Shown here: positions 51,892 through 63,958 of the stretch, piece by piece | Layout of the letters: each line of letters begins with the position of its first letter | Numbering within the stretch: position 1 is the first letter of the stretch | Origin: Octopus sinensis | Lineage: Eukaryota | Assembly (NCBI RefSeq): GCF_006345805.1 | Contig: NC_043005.1 | Span: forward strand, 70,060,001 to 70,124,000 | Length of the DNA stretch: 64,000 bases | Reading direction: 5' to 3' | Made by a program: the position numbers and the translations under genes | The notes under the pieces: generated by a model | Told to the model about the DNA's origin: nothing | Databases searched by the model: none | What the model saw: the letters and a program-made list of their open reading frames with translations, nothing else

Positions 51892-52136
51892 AGTCTGTGT
51901 CCGATTAGTATTTGCAAAGGATGGGGGTCATCGCTCCCATCCCTAGCCTTACATGATACACACGGACTCAAGATTCTGGGTGATTACCCGTCCTTAGTGT
52001 GTGTTAATCACCAACTAGTGATAAAAACTACATACGTCACTAGAACCGTTCCTAATAGGACCCCATACTTAGTTGTCAATTATATGTTACGATTCAATAT
52101 TGCTACTGTTTACATCTCGCTCAGAGATTTAATATA

Positions 52137-52179
<43 letters not shown>

Positions 52180-52219
52180 ATATACATATATATATACATA
52201 CATACATACATATATATAT

Positions 52220-52375
52220 GACGAGCTACTTCTGGTTCTATCTACCAAATCCACACTCAAGGCTTTGGTCATCCCGAGGCTAAAGTAGAGGACAGTCGTC
52301 CAAGGTGCCATGCGGTGTGACTGAATCCGGAACCATATGTTTGGGAAGCAAGCTTCTTACCACACTACCACGTCT
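52220..52375 (-). mobile_element. SINE family B, 5' half
   Basis: CCAAGGTGCCATGCGGTGTGACTGAATCCGGAACCATATG...GCAAGCTTCTTACCACAC. Confidence 0.82.
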
Positions 52376-53419
52376 GAACTTATAGCTATACCTATATGTA
52401 TATTAGATATACACATATCTTTCAGATATCATGCTCAGAAAGTTTTATATAAGATATATCCTCTGAACAAATCAAGAGCTGAACACTGCACTGTATATTT
52501 TATATATACGTTTATATATTCGTATACATGTAATTATTTCTGTGTTTTGGCGGGGAGGGATTTTGTATGAATGTATATATATATGTGTATGTGTGTGTGT
52601 GTGTATTTTATAAGCAAATCTTTACATTCTTGCGTATTTTACACTCTACATACACCATTGTGTAAAACCTTCGCATTTTTTATGATTTCTAAAACTTTTA
52701 TTGACAACTTTAATCGGCAATGATAGAAAAATCAATATTTTTTAAATAGATACATTGCTTAAATATTTACACTTGAAATTGTGTAATAAAATTTGCTTGG
52801 TTTAAAAATTAATTGTCATAAAATTGTAAATGCATGTTTAAATTGTTAATCACCATGCAAATCAAAATATTAATTTAATTTATTAAATTTAAGCAATGAA
52901 ATTCAAAGCACCTTCCTGTACTTGACTTTTGTAGAAATGGCATATGAAAATATATTTTCAAAGTGTACGCACTTTTACAGTCCTCCAAGGATTGAGAGAT
53001 TCAACATTTAATTCCTTGGTCCTGCGATCAGATTTTGGTACGGCAAATTCAAAGTTTGATTTGCAGAATACTCATGGATTCATCAATTCCCAGTTTATTG
53101 TGTTTCACACACACATTCAATGGCTTCCTGTTATAACGAAATTCGAACACGTGACGTATCATGACAAGCGAATAAACAGCACCTATGTATAAATCATGTT
53201 TTTATTGCTTTCTGAAAATTATATTGTCCTGGTATTTAGTCGACTAACCATTTCATTATAAACCATCAATCGAGTGATTTAGTAGATTCATTGAGTTTTT
53301 TTTTAATATCTGTTTAAATACTTGAGTTTCTGGGAGACCAAATTACTTCAAGATGTTTTGCACAGCACAAGTCTGAACAAATTTATACCCATTTACATAT
53401 ATATCCCAGCATCCATAGA

Positions 53420-53549
53420 CACACATGCACACACACATACACACACAAAAATATATATATATGTATGCATGCATGTATGCATATATGTATATATGTATAT
53501 ATACAGACATATATATATATATACATGTATATATGTATATATATATACG

Positions 53550-53631
<82 letters not shown>

Positions 53632-53680
53632 TATATATACAGACATACACACACACATATACATACGTGTATAATATGAT
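53420..53680. repeat. (CA)n/(TA)n compound microsatellite
   Basis: Read directly from the sequence. Confidence 0.92.
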
Positions 53681-55019
53681 ATATACCCGTCGTATACATA
53701 TATGCATATATCGGTTTCTGCATTTGTGTAAAAAAGTAAAAGAGGAAAAGTACTGTTATGAATTCTGCTGTACATTTATTATCGGAATAAAGCAATCTCA
53801 GTGTCTACATAGGCACAAATTATTTTCTGGGCAGGACATAAACTAAAGCAAAATAAAACTATGGGTGTGGTCAGTAGGTGGACGTTGACAAGTAGAATAT
53901 TTCACTCATATTTCTGATGCTGTAGAAAATATATCACACTACTGATGAATTATTAAAAATCAGAAAATTGGCAAACTGCACCAAGAAGACCTTTCTCGCT
54001 TTGAAGTAGTCATTCTCAAAAGATCATTTCTTTAAAAATACCAACGTCGAAATAAATCTCCAAAAATGATACTATCGTGCCACATAACGCCACCAGAATA
54101 TCTGTTGTTTTGTCTACTAACAATTACAACGAAATCTATAGCTCATCATGCATTTGAAGAAGTCATCGTTCACATAAATCGCTCACATAAATCTATGCCT
54201 AAAGGAGGAATGGAAATAATTTATTCTGGCAAAGAATTTTAGATTATAATGGTTATTATTTTCCGAAATATAATTATTTTCTAAATTAACATACAAGGCC
54301 TTAACATTCATCATTATAAATCTCGATTATTTTTATAATTTTTGTACCAACTTGAGAGACACACGTATTTGCATGAGTGTATACACGCGTACACGCACAT
54401 TACATATATATATATATATACATATAAATATATATTCATACTTACATATATATTTTAATATATATATGAATGAATGTATGTGTGTACTAATATGTATAGA
54501 TAAGTGTGTTTATGTTTAGGAATATATATATGTGTGTTTGTGTATGTGAGTGTGTGTGTGTATGTATTGCTATGCATGCATACATTTTTTCACAAGTGTA
54601 TGCATGTAGGTAAAATGTTTTTTATTAGACAATTCTAAAGAATTTTTAAGTAATTGAAATTTAAACTATAATTAAAAGAGCACTCATTAGCCTCGTTCAC
54701 TTTCTCAAGGAAGCCCAAAGAAAGAGTTTGAATTGAATTGCATTAAAAAATAATTTTAGACATGCATTAAGGAGTGAGATTGATCTTGGTACGTATGATG
54801 AATTGTACAATAATAATTTATTTTTTCTTTACGGGTTTTAATTTCATTCCAGTGATAAATATTGACGTATATACAGAATACAAGGTAGCTCACACATACC
54901 CATGATTTTACTACATATATCTGCATAGATTTAGATAACGAATTCAGTGAATACTTATCAAATGTATATACATATATGTACATATGTGTGTGTGTGTAAA
55001 TGTAAATAAATAAATATAA

Positions 55020-55107
55020 GTGGTAAGTAGCTTACTTACAAACCACCTGCATGGCACTTTGGACAAGTGGCTTGTATTATAGCTAGACAGAAACTGAAAT
55101 AAGCCGG

Positions 55108-55199
<92 letters not shown>

Positions 55200-55408
55200 T
55201 CATATATATCTTTATGTGTCTGTTTGTCACCCACCCTCGCTTCACATCGATTCTGGTGTGTTGGCGTCCCCGTAACTTAGCGGTTCGGCAAAAGAGGCCG
55301 ATAGAATAAGTAGTAGGCTTAGAAAGAATAAGTCCCGGGGTCGATTTGTTCGATTAAAGGCAGTGCTCCAACATGACCGCATTCACTTGACAGAAACAAA
55401 TAAAAAAT
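55020..55408 (+). mobile_element. SINE family B with internal deletions and an expanded (TA)n(TG)n tract
   Basis: Family B head, core and 3' segment all present. Confidence 0.85.
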
Positions 55409-55792
55409 ATAAATATATATAGAGAGAGAGGAGGGAAGTATATATACTTATGTATCTATACATAAGTGTATATATATACACATATATTACCGAAGCTCTA
55501 TTGTGTGGTAAAGTGTCTTCTATGTATGTGTACATATATTTCCTTAGAAAACCCATTCATTGAATAGCAGCATTTAATATTAAATTCGGTTATATTTCGG
55601 TGTTCTTTCTGGTGGCTTCTTACCTAAAATTACATTTAACGCTGATTATTGGTTACGATAGATTTAAATTAAATACTTTAAAATTTTATGTTTTACTCTG
55701 CTATGTTAGAAAGCAGTGAAAAATTAAATGAAATAAATACAGAGGATTTCGGAAATATTTCATGCACATCTATTCATTTTCCATACAAAGAC

Positions 55793-55853
<61 letters not shown>

Positions 55854-55929
55854 ATAATATATATATATTTACAAAGCGGGTCTATTTCTAGCATAATGGC
55901 TGCCAACATACTTGTCATCCCTCTTATAT

Positions 55930-56103
55930 TCTTTTATTCTTTTATTTTATTTACTTGTTTCAGTCATTTGACTGTGGCCATTCTGGAGCACCGCTTTTAG
56001 TTGACCAAATCGACCCCAGGACTTAATCTTTGTAAGTCTAGTACTTATTCTATCGGTCTATGTTGCCGAACCGCTGGTTACGGTTACGTAAACACACCAG
56101 CAT
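55930..56103 (-). mobile_element. SINE family B, 3' segment
   Basis: TACTTGTTTCAGTCATTTGACTGTGGCC...GCCGAACCGCT...AAACACACCAGCAT. Confidence 0.85.
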
Positions 56104-56526
56104 ATTTCTACTTTCAGATCAGTGATTGTGTATCACTAAGAAAACTATATATTCGACCGGTGAATGCAGCAACGCCAGCAAGCCAAGACGCTATTATGTG
56201 TTGAAAAAGAGCAATAATCCAGAAACCGATCCACAGATGTTGTTTTGCGCTAGATGGGAGTGCAGAACTCCCTGTTGGAATATATAAAGAGATAGATATT
56301 GTGTCGTATAGCTTGCTAGAAACGATGTCTCCTGGGGCTAAACAACAGTAACATTCTCCCTTCCAGGACAGGACAACCACATTATATTGGCAAATAGCCT
56401 TTACTTTTAGGAATAATAATATTTTATATTATATATATATATATATATAATATATATATATAAACATTATTGGTGAATTGAAGAAATGGAGCTGAACGCA
56501 GATTGAACAGAAATCGTTTTATTTCA

Positions 56527-56606
56527 TTCTACACGTGTTTCGAAAGGCACAAATTACCAAAATCCGATTGAATAATGGGACCATATTGTGTCTTTCTCTT
56601 CAGGAA
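56527..56606 (-). ncRNA. Minimal type I hammerhead ribozyme, left arm
   Basis: Identical to the right-arm motif. Predicted cleavage between 56530 and 56529. Confidence 0.8.
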
Positions 56607-56652
56607 GAAAAAAGGAATCCAACGGATTTTTTCCAACGGATTTCCTTTTTTC

Positions 56653-56732
56653 TTCCTGAAGAGAAAGACACAATATGGTCCCATTATTCAATCGGATTTT
56701 GGTAATTTGTGCCTTTCGAAACACGTGTAGAA
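56653..56732 (+). ncRNA. Minimal type I hammerhead ribozyme, right arm
   Basis: TTC-CTGAAGA-GAAAGACACA...TGTGCCTTTC-GAAA-C-ACGT-G-TA|GAA. Stem II has 9 of 10 pairs. Predicted cleavage after 56729; AATAAA follows. Confidence 0.8.
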
Positions 56733-56944
56733 TGAAATAAAACGATTTCTGTTCAATCTGCGTTCAGCTCCATTTCTTCAATTCACCAATAAGTTTTAAT
56801 TTCAATTATCCGCACCAACGCACGGTTGCAACGCCAGATGGTTGTACCTCCAACCGTGCTGTTCACTGCTGTGATTTTTGCTACTAAGGTATCGGTTAAA
56901 CTTTTGATTAATCTACTACAAGATTATTCATCTTTCTATTTCAC

Positions 56945-56984
<40 letters not shown>

Positions 56985-57071
56985 GAAAGTTTACGAAAAT
57001 AAACAAAAGACGAAGGCAGGTGGTGTACAAACAAACAGATGTATTAGTATGGCGCTCAGGAATAGAAAAAA

Positions 57072-57113
57072 GTATTTTACGTTTCGAGCCTACGCTCTTC
57101 TACAGAAAGATAC
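57072..57113 (-). ncRNA. Hammerhead-like motif with an A6U core change (PLE pLTR relic)
   Basis: TTT-CTGTAGA-A-GAGC-gtag-GCTC-GAAA-CG-TA|AAA. Confidence 0.5.
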
Positions 57114-57472
57114 ACAGAAAAAAACAAGCAGAGAAAAAATGTGTGTAGTAGCTAACGATCTATCAAGACGTACAAGTCAATATTTATATGAGCAGTGCGA
57201 TGTTCTCATTATTAACTTTATATTTTCAGAGTTTCCCAAGAATTGAAAACCAGCTCTGAAAGTTTTGACGGTCCATATACGAATACGTATATATAAATGA
57301 TGCTTTAAAAGAGTGGAAAATAAATATAATGGCTGTATATATATACATTTCATTAATACTACATCCAACCCACCAGCTAACCACGAACGCGTTGCTTAAA
57401 TACTTAAATACCCACAGCGTTTAGCGGTGTAACATTATTGGATAGAGCAATCTGTATATCAAACACAATCGT

Positions 57473-57887
57473 GGCGCAGGAGTGGCATAGGTGTAGGAGT
57501 GGCTGTGTGGTATGTAGCTTGCTAACCAACCACATGGTTCCGGGTTCAGTCCCACTGCGTGGCATCTTGGGCAAGTGTCTTCTGCTATAGCTCCGGGCCG
57601 ACCAATGCCTTGTGAGTGGATTTGGTAGACGGAAACTGAAAGAAGCCTGTCGTATATATGTATATATATGTATATGTGTGTGTGTATGTGTTTCTGTGTC
57701 TGTGTTTGTCCCCCTAGCATTGCTTGACAACCGATGCTGGTGTGTTTACGTCCCCATTACTTAGCAGTTCGGCAAAAGAGACCGATAGAATAAGTCCCGG
57801 GGTTGATTTGCTCGACTAAAGGCGGTGCTCCAACATGGCCGCAGTCAAATGACTGAAACAAGTAAACGAGTAAAAGAGTAAAAGAGT
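57473..57887 (+). mobile_element. SINE family B, full length and young
   Basis: Complete head (with a short duplicated 5' GGCGCAGGAGTGGC), TTGGGCAAGTG core and (GTAAAAGA)n tail. Confidence 0.95.
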
Positions 57888-58329
57888 GGCAGTTGATACG
57901 TAAATTTTAATTGCTAGCAAGGACACAGCATTTCGCTGTATGTATATTCATATTTATACGCAAATAAACACTTAAGCGTTAACACATACGCCCATTACAC
58001 ACAAATACATGCGTACACACGCAACAACACACACACAGACGCACATACACGCGTAGAGATATTTATTCACGCACACGTACACATATGTAAGTTAGTATCT
58101 TATTCTGAAAAGAATTATCCTTCTTAGACTAATTTATTCATTGCTACAGGGCAGTGATATATGGCATCTAACTTAGTTTTTCTTTAAATAAACAAGCAAT
58201 GATGGTAAGAATACAGAGAGTAATTGCTTAACAGTAAACACAGTAGACCACAAACCAAGCAAAACGTTTTGGAATTATACATTTCACTGCCATCATCCAA
58301 AACGTGATCGCCGTCATCCTGGCAAACCA

Positions 58330-58353
58330 TAATGGTCATTGTCGTCGTCGAAG

Positions 58354-58393
<40 letters not shown>

Positions 58394-58535
58394 TATCACG
58401 GAACGGAATAATAATCATTCAAGCAACGGAACAAACAAAACAGTAAGCAGCAGCAGCAACAGTAGCAACAACAACAACAACAACAACATCAGCAGCACTG
58501 CACTGCACTCACAATAGTAACAACAACAACAATAA
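58330..58535. repeat. (CAT)n/(CAG)n/(CAA)n trinucleotide cluster
   Basis: Read directly from the sequence. Confidence 0.9.
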
Positions 58536-58829
58536 AGAACCCCCACCACCCCACCTGCCAGCCAATATGGAAAGCTCTCACTCTAAAGCAAATGAACTAG
58601 TGATGAGTAACATAGAGGATCATGTATTTGCCTTCAGCAAAATGCTCTCTTATCGCTGTTCTCTCATGTATTGCAATCATCTTAAGATACAAAAAGCATC
58701 GCTAAGTCGTGCACTGCAGTAAATTGAATAAAGCAGTCCTCCGCTAAATCAATCACACATGGATTGTTGAAAATAAGAGCAGCCATGCTGATACCGGTAT
58801 TTGATGAAGAAGGCGATTGTGATGAGAGG

Positions 58830-59060
58830 CTTACTGCTGCTGCTGCTGGTGGTGGTGGTGGTGATGATGATAGTGATCATGATGATGATCGTGATAGTGT
58901 GGTGGTAGTGATGGTGGTACCGCTGCTGGTTACTGTAGTGGTGACGTTAATGATAGTGGTGGTGGTGGTGGTGGTGGTGGTCGTCGTCGTCGTGTGGTGG
59001 TGATCTGGGTGATGGTTATGGCCAAGAATGTAATGATGACGACGATAGCAATGGTGATGG

Positions 59061-59094
<34 letters not shown>

Positions 59095-59530
59095 GGTGGT
59101 GATGGCGATGGTGGTGGTGATGGCGATGGTGATGATGATGGTGGTGGTGGTGGTGGTGGTGGTGGTGGTGATGGTGATGATTGTGGTGGCGGTGGTGGTG
59201 GTGATGATGGTGATGGTGATGGTGATGATGGTGATGGTGATGTTGATGATGATAATGATGATGATGTTGGTGGTGATGATAATGATGATGATGATGATGA
59301 TGATGATGATGTCGACGACTAAGGTTATAAATTTGGCGTTGGCGGCGGCTGTGGTGGTTGGCATTGCGGTGATTATGATAGCGTGATGCTAATAATGACT
59401 TTCAATATTGTTCATGATAACGGTGAAGAGGGGTAGGGAATGTTGCAGCTACTGATATTACGGTTGCACGACGGCAACGCCGCCGCCGCCGACGACGACG
59501 ACGACGATGACGATGATGACGACGGTGATG
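58830..59530. repeat. Long mosaic (GGT)n/(GAT)n/(GAC)n trinucleotide array
   Basis: Read directly. The poly-V/M and poly-T/I ORFs over it are compositional. Confidence 0.9.
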
Positions 59531-61649
59531 GCATCATTGACAATATTGGTAATACTGAAGATAAATAGCGAAGAGACCAGCCCATATATAAAATATACTC
59601 GGCGGGGATGATGACAACAATGGTGTTTATAACGATGATGGCAACATGACGTGGATAATGATGTCCACAACATTTAGCCCAATGCTTGTGTGATTGTGAT
59701 AACAATGGCCACAGTTGAAGAAACTTGATTGTGATACTAAACATAGTGATGGAGTGGATAACAGCAGGCAGCGCTGACGCGTGAGCTGATTGAGGCAATA
59801 GAAAATTGATAGCATTACTATTTTAGAAAGTGTATTTCTTCCTTTTTCTTCTCTTCGGTTTTTTTTTATATATTCGTCTTTCTTTTACTTTTATTTTATT
59901 TCTCTCGTTTTGTTTTCAATTTTCTCCCGTTTATTTTCCACTCAGCACCCATACACCTATCGCTGTTCATTCAGAAAAAAAAGGAAATCCAATATCTTTA
60001 ACAGGTCAATTCTATTTTCTATAAGGTACAACGCTTTAGTGTTTTGTGTTTTTACATTTCTTGTTTGGCCGATCAGTTGTTTGATTGCTTCATTATTTCT
60101 GAAATTGCCATTCTATTTCAATTTCACTTTGAATAGAGAGAAAAACCTCGGTTTCATCCGATTAACGTTTTCTACATGTTCAGCTGAAATGGTTGTCAGT
60201 GTGAGGTAACAAACCTTGAAAGGCTATTTGCCTTCCCTGTCGTACTGGAAACTAGCGTTTCATTCTTTACGGAGAGAGAATTAAATATGTTTATTTGTCT
60301 TATTTATTATCTTCAGCAATTCTTTATGTGGTATATTTCTGGTCCATTCATTCCATTTAATTCACGAACACATAAATCATAACACTGAATACATGTTGAA
60401 CCATTGCACATTTCAGTGATTAAATATCTCGCTTAGAGGAATATAAATTGTACTACGGAGGTTCATGTGCGTCATTATACACAAATGCATATAAACTGAT
60501 ATTCACACATACATTTGAATATATGCACATGCGTACAAGCACATATATATTTATTGTACGGTGGACATATAACTGCTTATCAACTGTAAAGTACTTCTTA
60601 TTTCGAATTAGGAAGGTCGAAACACAACAGTCAAGAGGTCGAAAATGCTACCGTCTCTGTCGAAGTCTAGTTATTAAATCGTACGTTAGACTACACAGCG
60701 GAATTGTATATCCATCATCGAAAGCGGTTTCTGTGTATGGCTGGAGAGAGAGAATTAAGTGCATTTTACGAACGTTTGTCAGTCGTTTCGGAATATCCAA
60801 AGAAATGAAAATTCACTAGGATGAAACTTCGCGTGTGACGAAAAGAAATAGGCATTCAATCAGGTGTCTTATTGAGAGATACTATGAGATGTTCGAGTAC
60901 CTGAATCTATTTTCACATGAGTGGGACGTGCTCTATCCTAACATGTTGGGATGTAAGAACTAATAGAACATTCACAACCTTAATCCCTGAGTTTACAGAT
61001 ACCTGTAAAGAGGGCAGCGGAGTTTCGAAAGCCGAACATAATATCATTTGAAGAAGATTACTAACTTCAGCAATGTGTGCAGTGAAAATGTAGGAGATGT
61101 GAAGGTGAGCTGATATCTTACTATGAATAGGAGGTTCATGGATAAATACGCAGAGATATCATATGGTGAAGATTGTTTCAAACCAGATTATTTTCCTTTG
61201 ACAAAGTCACTTCTGAACTGAAATAGCGAGTGCATAATCTATGTACTTTATTTTCTGTAAACATCTCTGCGTAGCACATTCTCATTAAGTGGGATTCCCC
61301 AGTCGAACATATACCTTTTCGGGGATATGCTTGAGTTTTCTTTGTTATAACGACGTTATAAATACTCTATAACTGGAAATCGATGATTAGTATAATATGT
61401 GGATATATGCAGCTCATGCAATTCTCAAGGCTTTAAGTAGTACTTGCCAGTTGTATGATCAAATATAACATAGAAGCTAATTAATTTCATGTTGGCATCA
61501 TCAGTTGTATTAATACCAAATTCCTTAGATACGATTATTTAGCTGTTCTAGAATTTCGCCACAATCTAGTCATGTGTAAACCTACTTACAAACCAACACT
61601 TTCAAATTTATGAGCAAATATTCTGCTCAATATCTCAGATTTATTTGTC

Positions 61650-61775
61650 AGGTGCTTGACCTTAACCACTTGAGCATGTCAATACATGCATTTCTGACTA
61701 TGAGTATGCCCAGTGGGGGAGCATCATAGCCAGGTGTTCAGAGAGGGTTTCTTTAAGGTTTGAATAAATGTAACA
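61650..61775 (+). repeat. Unclassified dispersed repeat fragment
   Basis: TTAACCACTTGAGCATGTC...GGGGGAGCATCATAGCC is shared with 30750-30860. Confidence 0.6.
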
Positions 61776-62391
61776 ACAGCAAAGTTCGAAGGAAATATTA
61801 GGCACTTATCATACTGTCTAGGAGTAGGCAAATAGGAAATAAATGTTGACAACAAGGGACAAAAATCTTTCGTGTTACACTGTGTAATTAGTAATGAAAT
61901 TGAAATTGAAATCTTTGGAGATAAATGTAACTACTACTTGGCCATTTGCCCGAATTTCTTTGATATATTTCGGTTAGCTGACAAAGGACTTGTGTTTTTC
62001 CTTCAAATTCATTTACACAGAATCAGTACTTAAGGTCTAGTTAAGTGTAACAACCTTAATGTTGTCTTAATGCGCAATAACTCTAAGAACAATGTCGATT
62101 CAAATAATATCTGATATCGAAGGAAAGAGAAAGAGAGTTAACTTGTTTTATGCATTATAGTCTTGCACGCAATAATTATAGTTATCCTCGTGATATAATA
62201 TATTCAATGTAGTCAACTAGAATATTTCGAATACAGCTAAATGTGAATGCTTTCACATGGTAGAAGTAAAATTCAATGTACTAATAGATTTATATTATCA
62301 ATTCTTGCTTTATAAACACTTACAAAAGAGAATCAAAGATGAAGTGTTGGAAATACTATAAATACAAGAAAAATATTTCTCCTACATTACA

Positions 62392-62522
62392 GGCGTAAGC
62401 GTGGCAGCGTAGTAAGAAATGTCTTTCGCCCCAAAAATTCTTCTGGGTTCACTCTCATTGCTGGAACCTTGGGCAAGTGCTTTCTACTATTGCCTGCGTC
62501 CAACTAAACTTCGTATCAAAGC
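62392..62522 (+). mobile_element. SINE family B, degenerate 5' half
   Basis: GGCGTAAGCGTGGC...ACCTTGGGCAAGTGCTTTCTACTATTGCC. Confidence 0.7.
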
Positions 62523-62539
62523 ATTTTCGTACTAGTTCA

Positions 62540-62917
62540 GTAAAGCGCCAACAGGAAGCAGCACACGGTTGCGTGCGCAATGAGAGCTTAGCAGTGACCT
62601 TCATGAGGCAGTGTGTGTCAAATGATGTCACTGTGTTTACTTCACAAGTTTTTAAATTTGTGTTTTTGTGATCACATTTTATGATGTAGTCTGCGATTTT
62701 ATCATGAACAAAAAACAAAGATCCAGCGTGAAATTTTACGTCAAGCTTAGGACGTCTGCTACAAAGAAATTGGGCATGCTTCGGCAAGCTTACGGCGACG
62801 AGGCAAATGGTCGTATGCAATGTTTTCAGTAGCACGGCAGCTTCAAAAGTTGAACTTAACTGGAAGCCGATGAGTTATCTGGAAGACTGGCCACGAGCAT
62901 CATCCCTGGAAATGTTG
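62540..62917 (+). mobile_element. Mariner (irritans-like) element, 5' part with N-terminal HTH, decayed
   Basis: From ATG 62704: MNKKQRSSVKFYVKL...MLRQAYGDEA...F...DELSGR. Confidence 0.88.
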
Positions 62918-63404
62918 TATTTATTTTTCCACTTGTTTCAGTCATTTATTTGACTGCGGCGATGCTAGAGCACAATCTTTCGGAGAAAAGAATCGACCAA
63001 GGTATTATTTTTGTAAGCCTAGTACTTATTCTATCTGTCTCTTTTACCGAACCGCTAAACTATGGGGACGTAAACACACCAACATCGGTTGTCAAGCAAT
63101 GGTGGGAGGTCAAACACACACACACATTTATACAACGGGCTGCTTTCAGTTTCCTCCTACAAAATCCATTCACAAGTATTTGGTCGACTCGTGGCTATAG
63201 GAGACGACACTTGCCCAAGGTACGACGCTGGATACTGTAGTCGTGACGGTAGTGATAGTGGTGGCGGTGGTCATGGTGGTGGTGGTGGTGGTGGTGGTGG
63301 TTGTGGTGGTAGTGTGGTGGTGATCTGGGTGATGGTTATGTGAGACTGAACTTGGAACAAAGTGGTTGAGAAACAAGCTTCTTACCACAATGCCACGCTG
63401 CACC
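62918..63404 (-). mobile_element. SINE family B inserted into the mariner, carrying a ~114-bp GGT-rich insert
   Basis: Family B tail, core and head on the minus strand, with foreign sequence at 63227-63340. Confidence 0.88.
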
Positions 63405-63899
63405 TATTGTGCATCGAAAATCTGTCCCCAGGGCTAGACCATCAATCGAGAGTTCTACTGCGATGTCTTGAAGTGCTTGAGGGAGGATGTTCGGCGAAAT
63501 AGTCCAGATCTGCGGAGCGCGAAGCACTGGATTTTTCACGATGACAATACACCGTCATTGAGCTCTCATAACTCGTGGTTTTCTCGCCAAAAGCAACATT
63601 GTATCGCTTTTGCATCTGCCCTTTAGGCCAGATGTAGCACCTGCGGACTTCCATTTCTTCCCCAAGATGAAAATGCAATTCAAAGATCACCATTTTAACA
63701 CCGTTGTCGAAACCCATAGCGAATCGCAGAAGGTCCTCTACTTGCTCACTGAAAACGACTTCTAGGCCGGATTCCAAAAGTGGCACAAACGCTGGGACCG
63801 GTGTATTGCTACGCAAGGTGATTATTTCGGAAGAGTTGATGTTAAAACTTAGATAATGTTTTCCTAAACATAGTCCGGGATCCATTTTATACCACCTCG

Positions 63900-63901
<2 letters not shown>
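63405..63901 (+). mobile_element. Mariner element, 3' part with catalytic region and terminal inverted repeat
   Basis: TINREFYCDVL, WIFHDDNTP, RPDVAPADFHFFPKMK, FQKWHKRWDRCIATQGDYF. Ends ...ACCACCTCGTA (reverse complement TACGAGG). Confidence 0.92.

Positions 63902-63958
<57 letters not shown>

Larger units (their letters stand above)
56467..56792. repeat. Perfect fold-back palindrome (151-bp arms, 24-nt spacer) with two divergent HHRs; PLE pLTR-like
   Basis: 56467-56617 is the exact reverse complement of 56642-56792. (TA)n tracts at about 56425-56462 and 56950-56980. Confidence 0.95.

Noticed and set aside
56114-56400. Possible PLE RT-thumb remnant next to the HHR palindrome
   Set aside because: Motif similarity is too weak to support without an alignment.
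56618-56641. Palindrome as a missed sequencing-adapter artefact (spacer contains CAACGGA)
   Set aside because: Only a 7-mer resembles a hairpin adapter, the inversion is limited to 151 bp with distinct flanks, and a diverged palindrome of the same design exists at 25.5 kb. A read-level check is still advisable.
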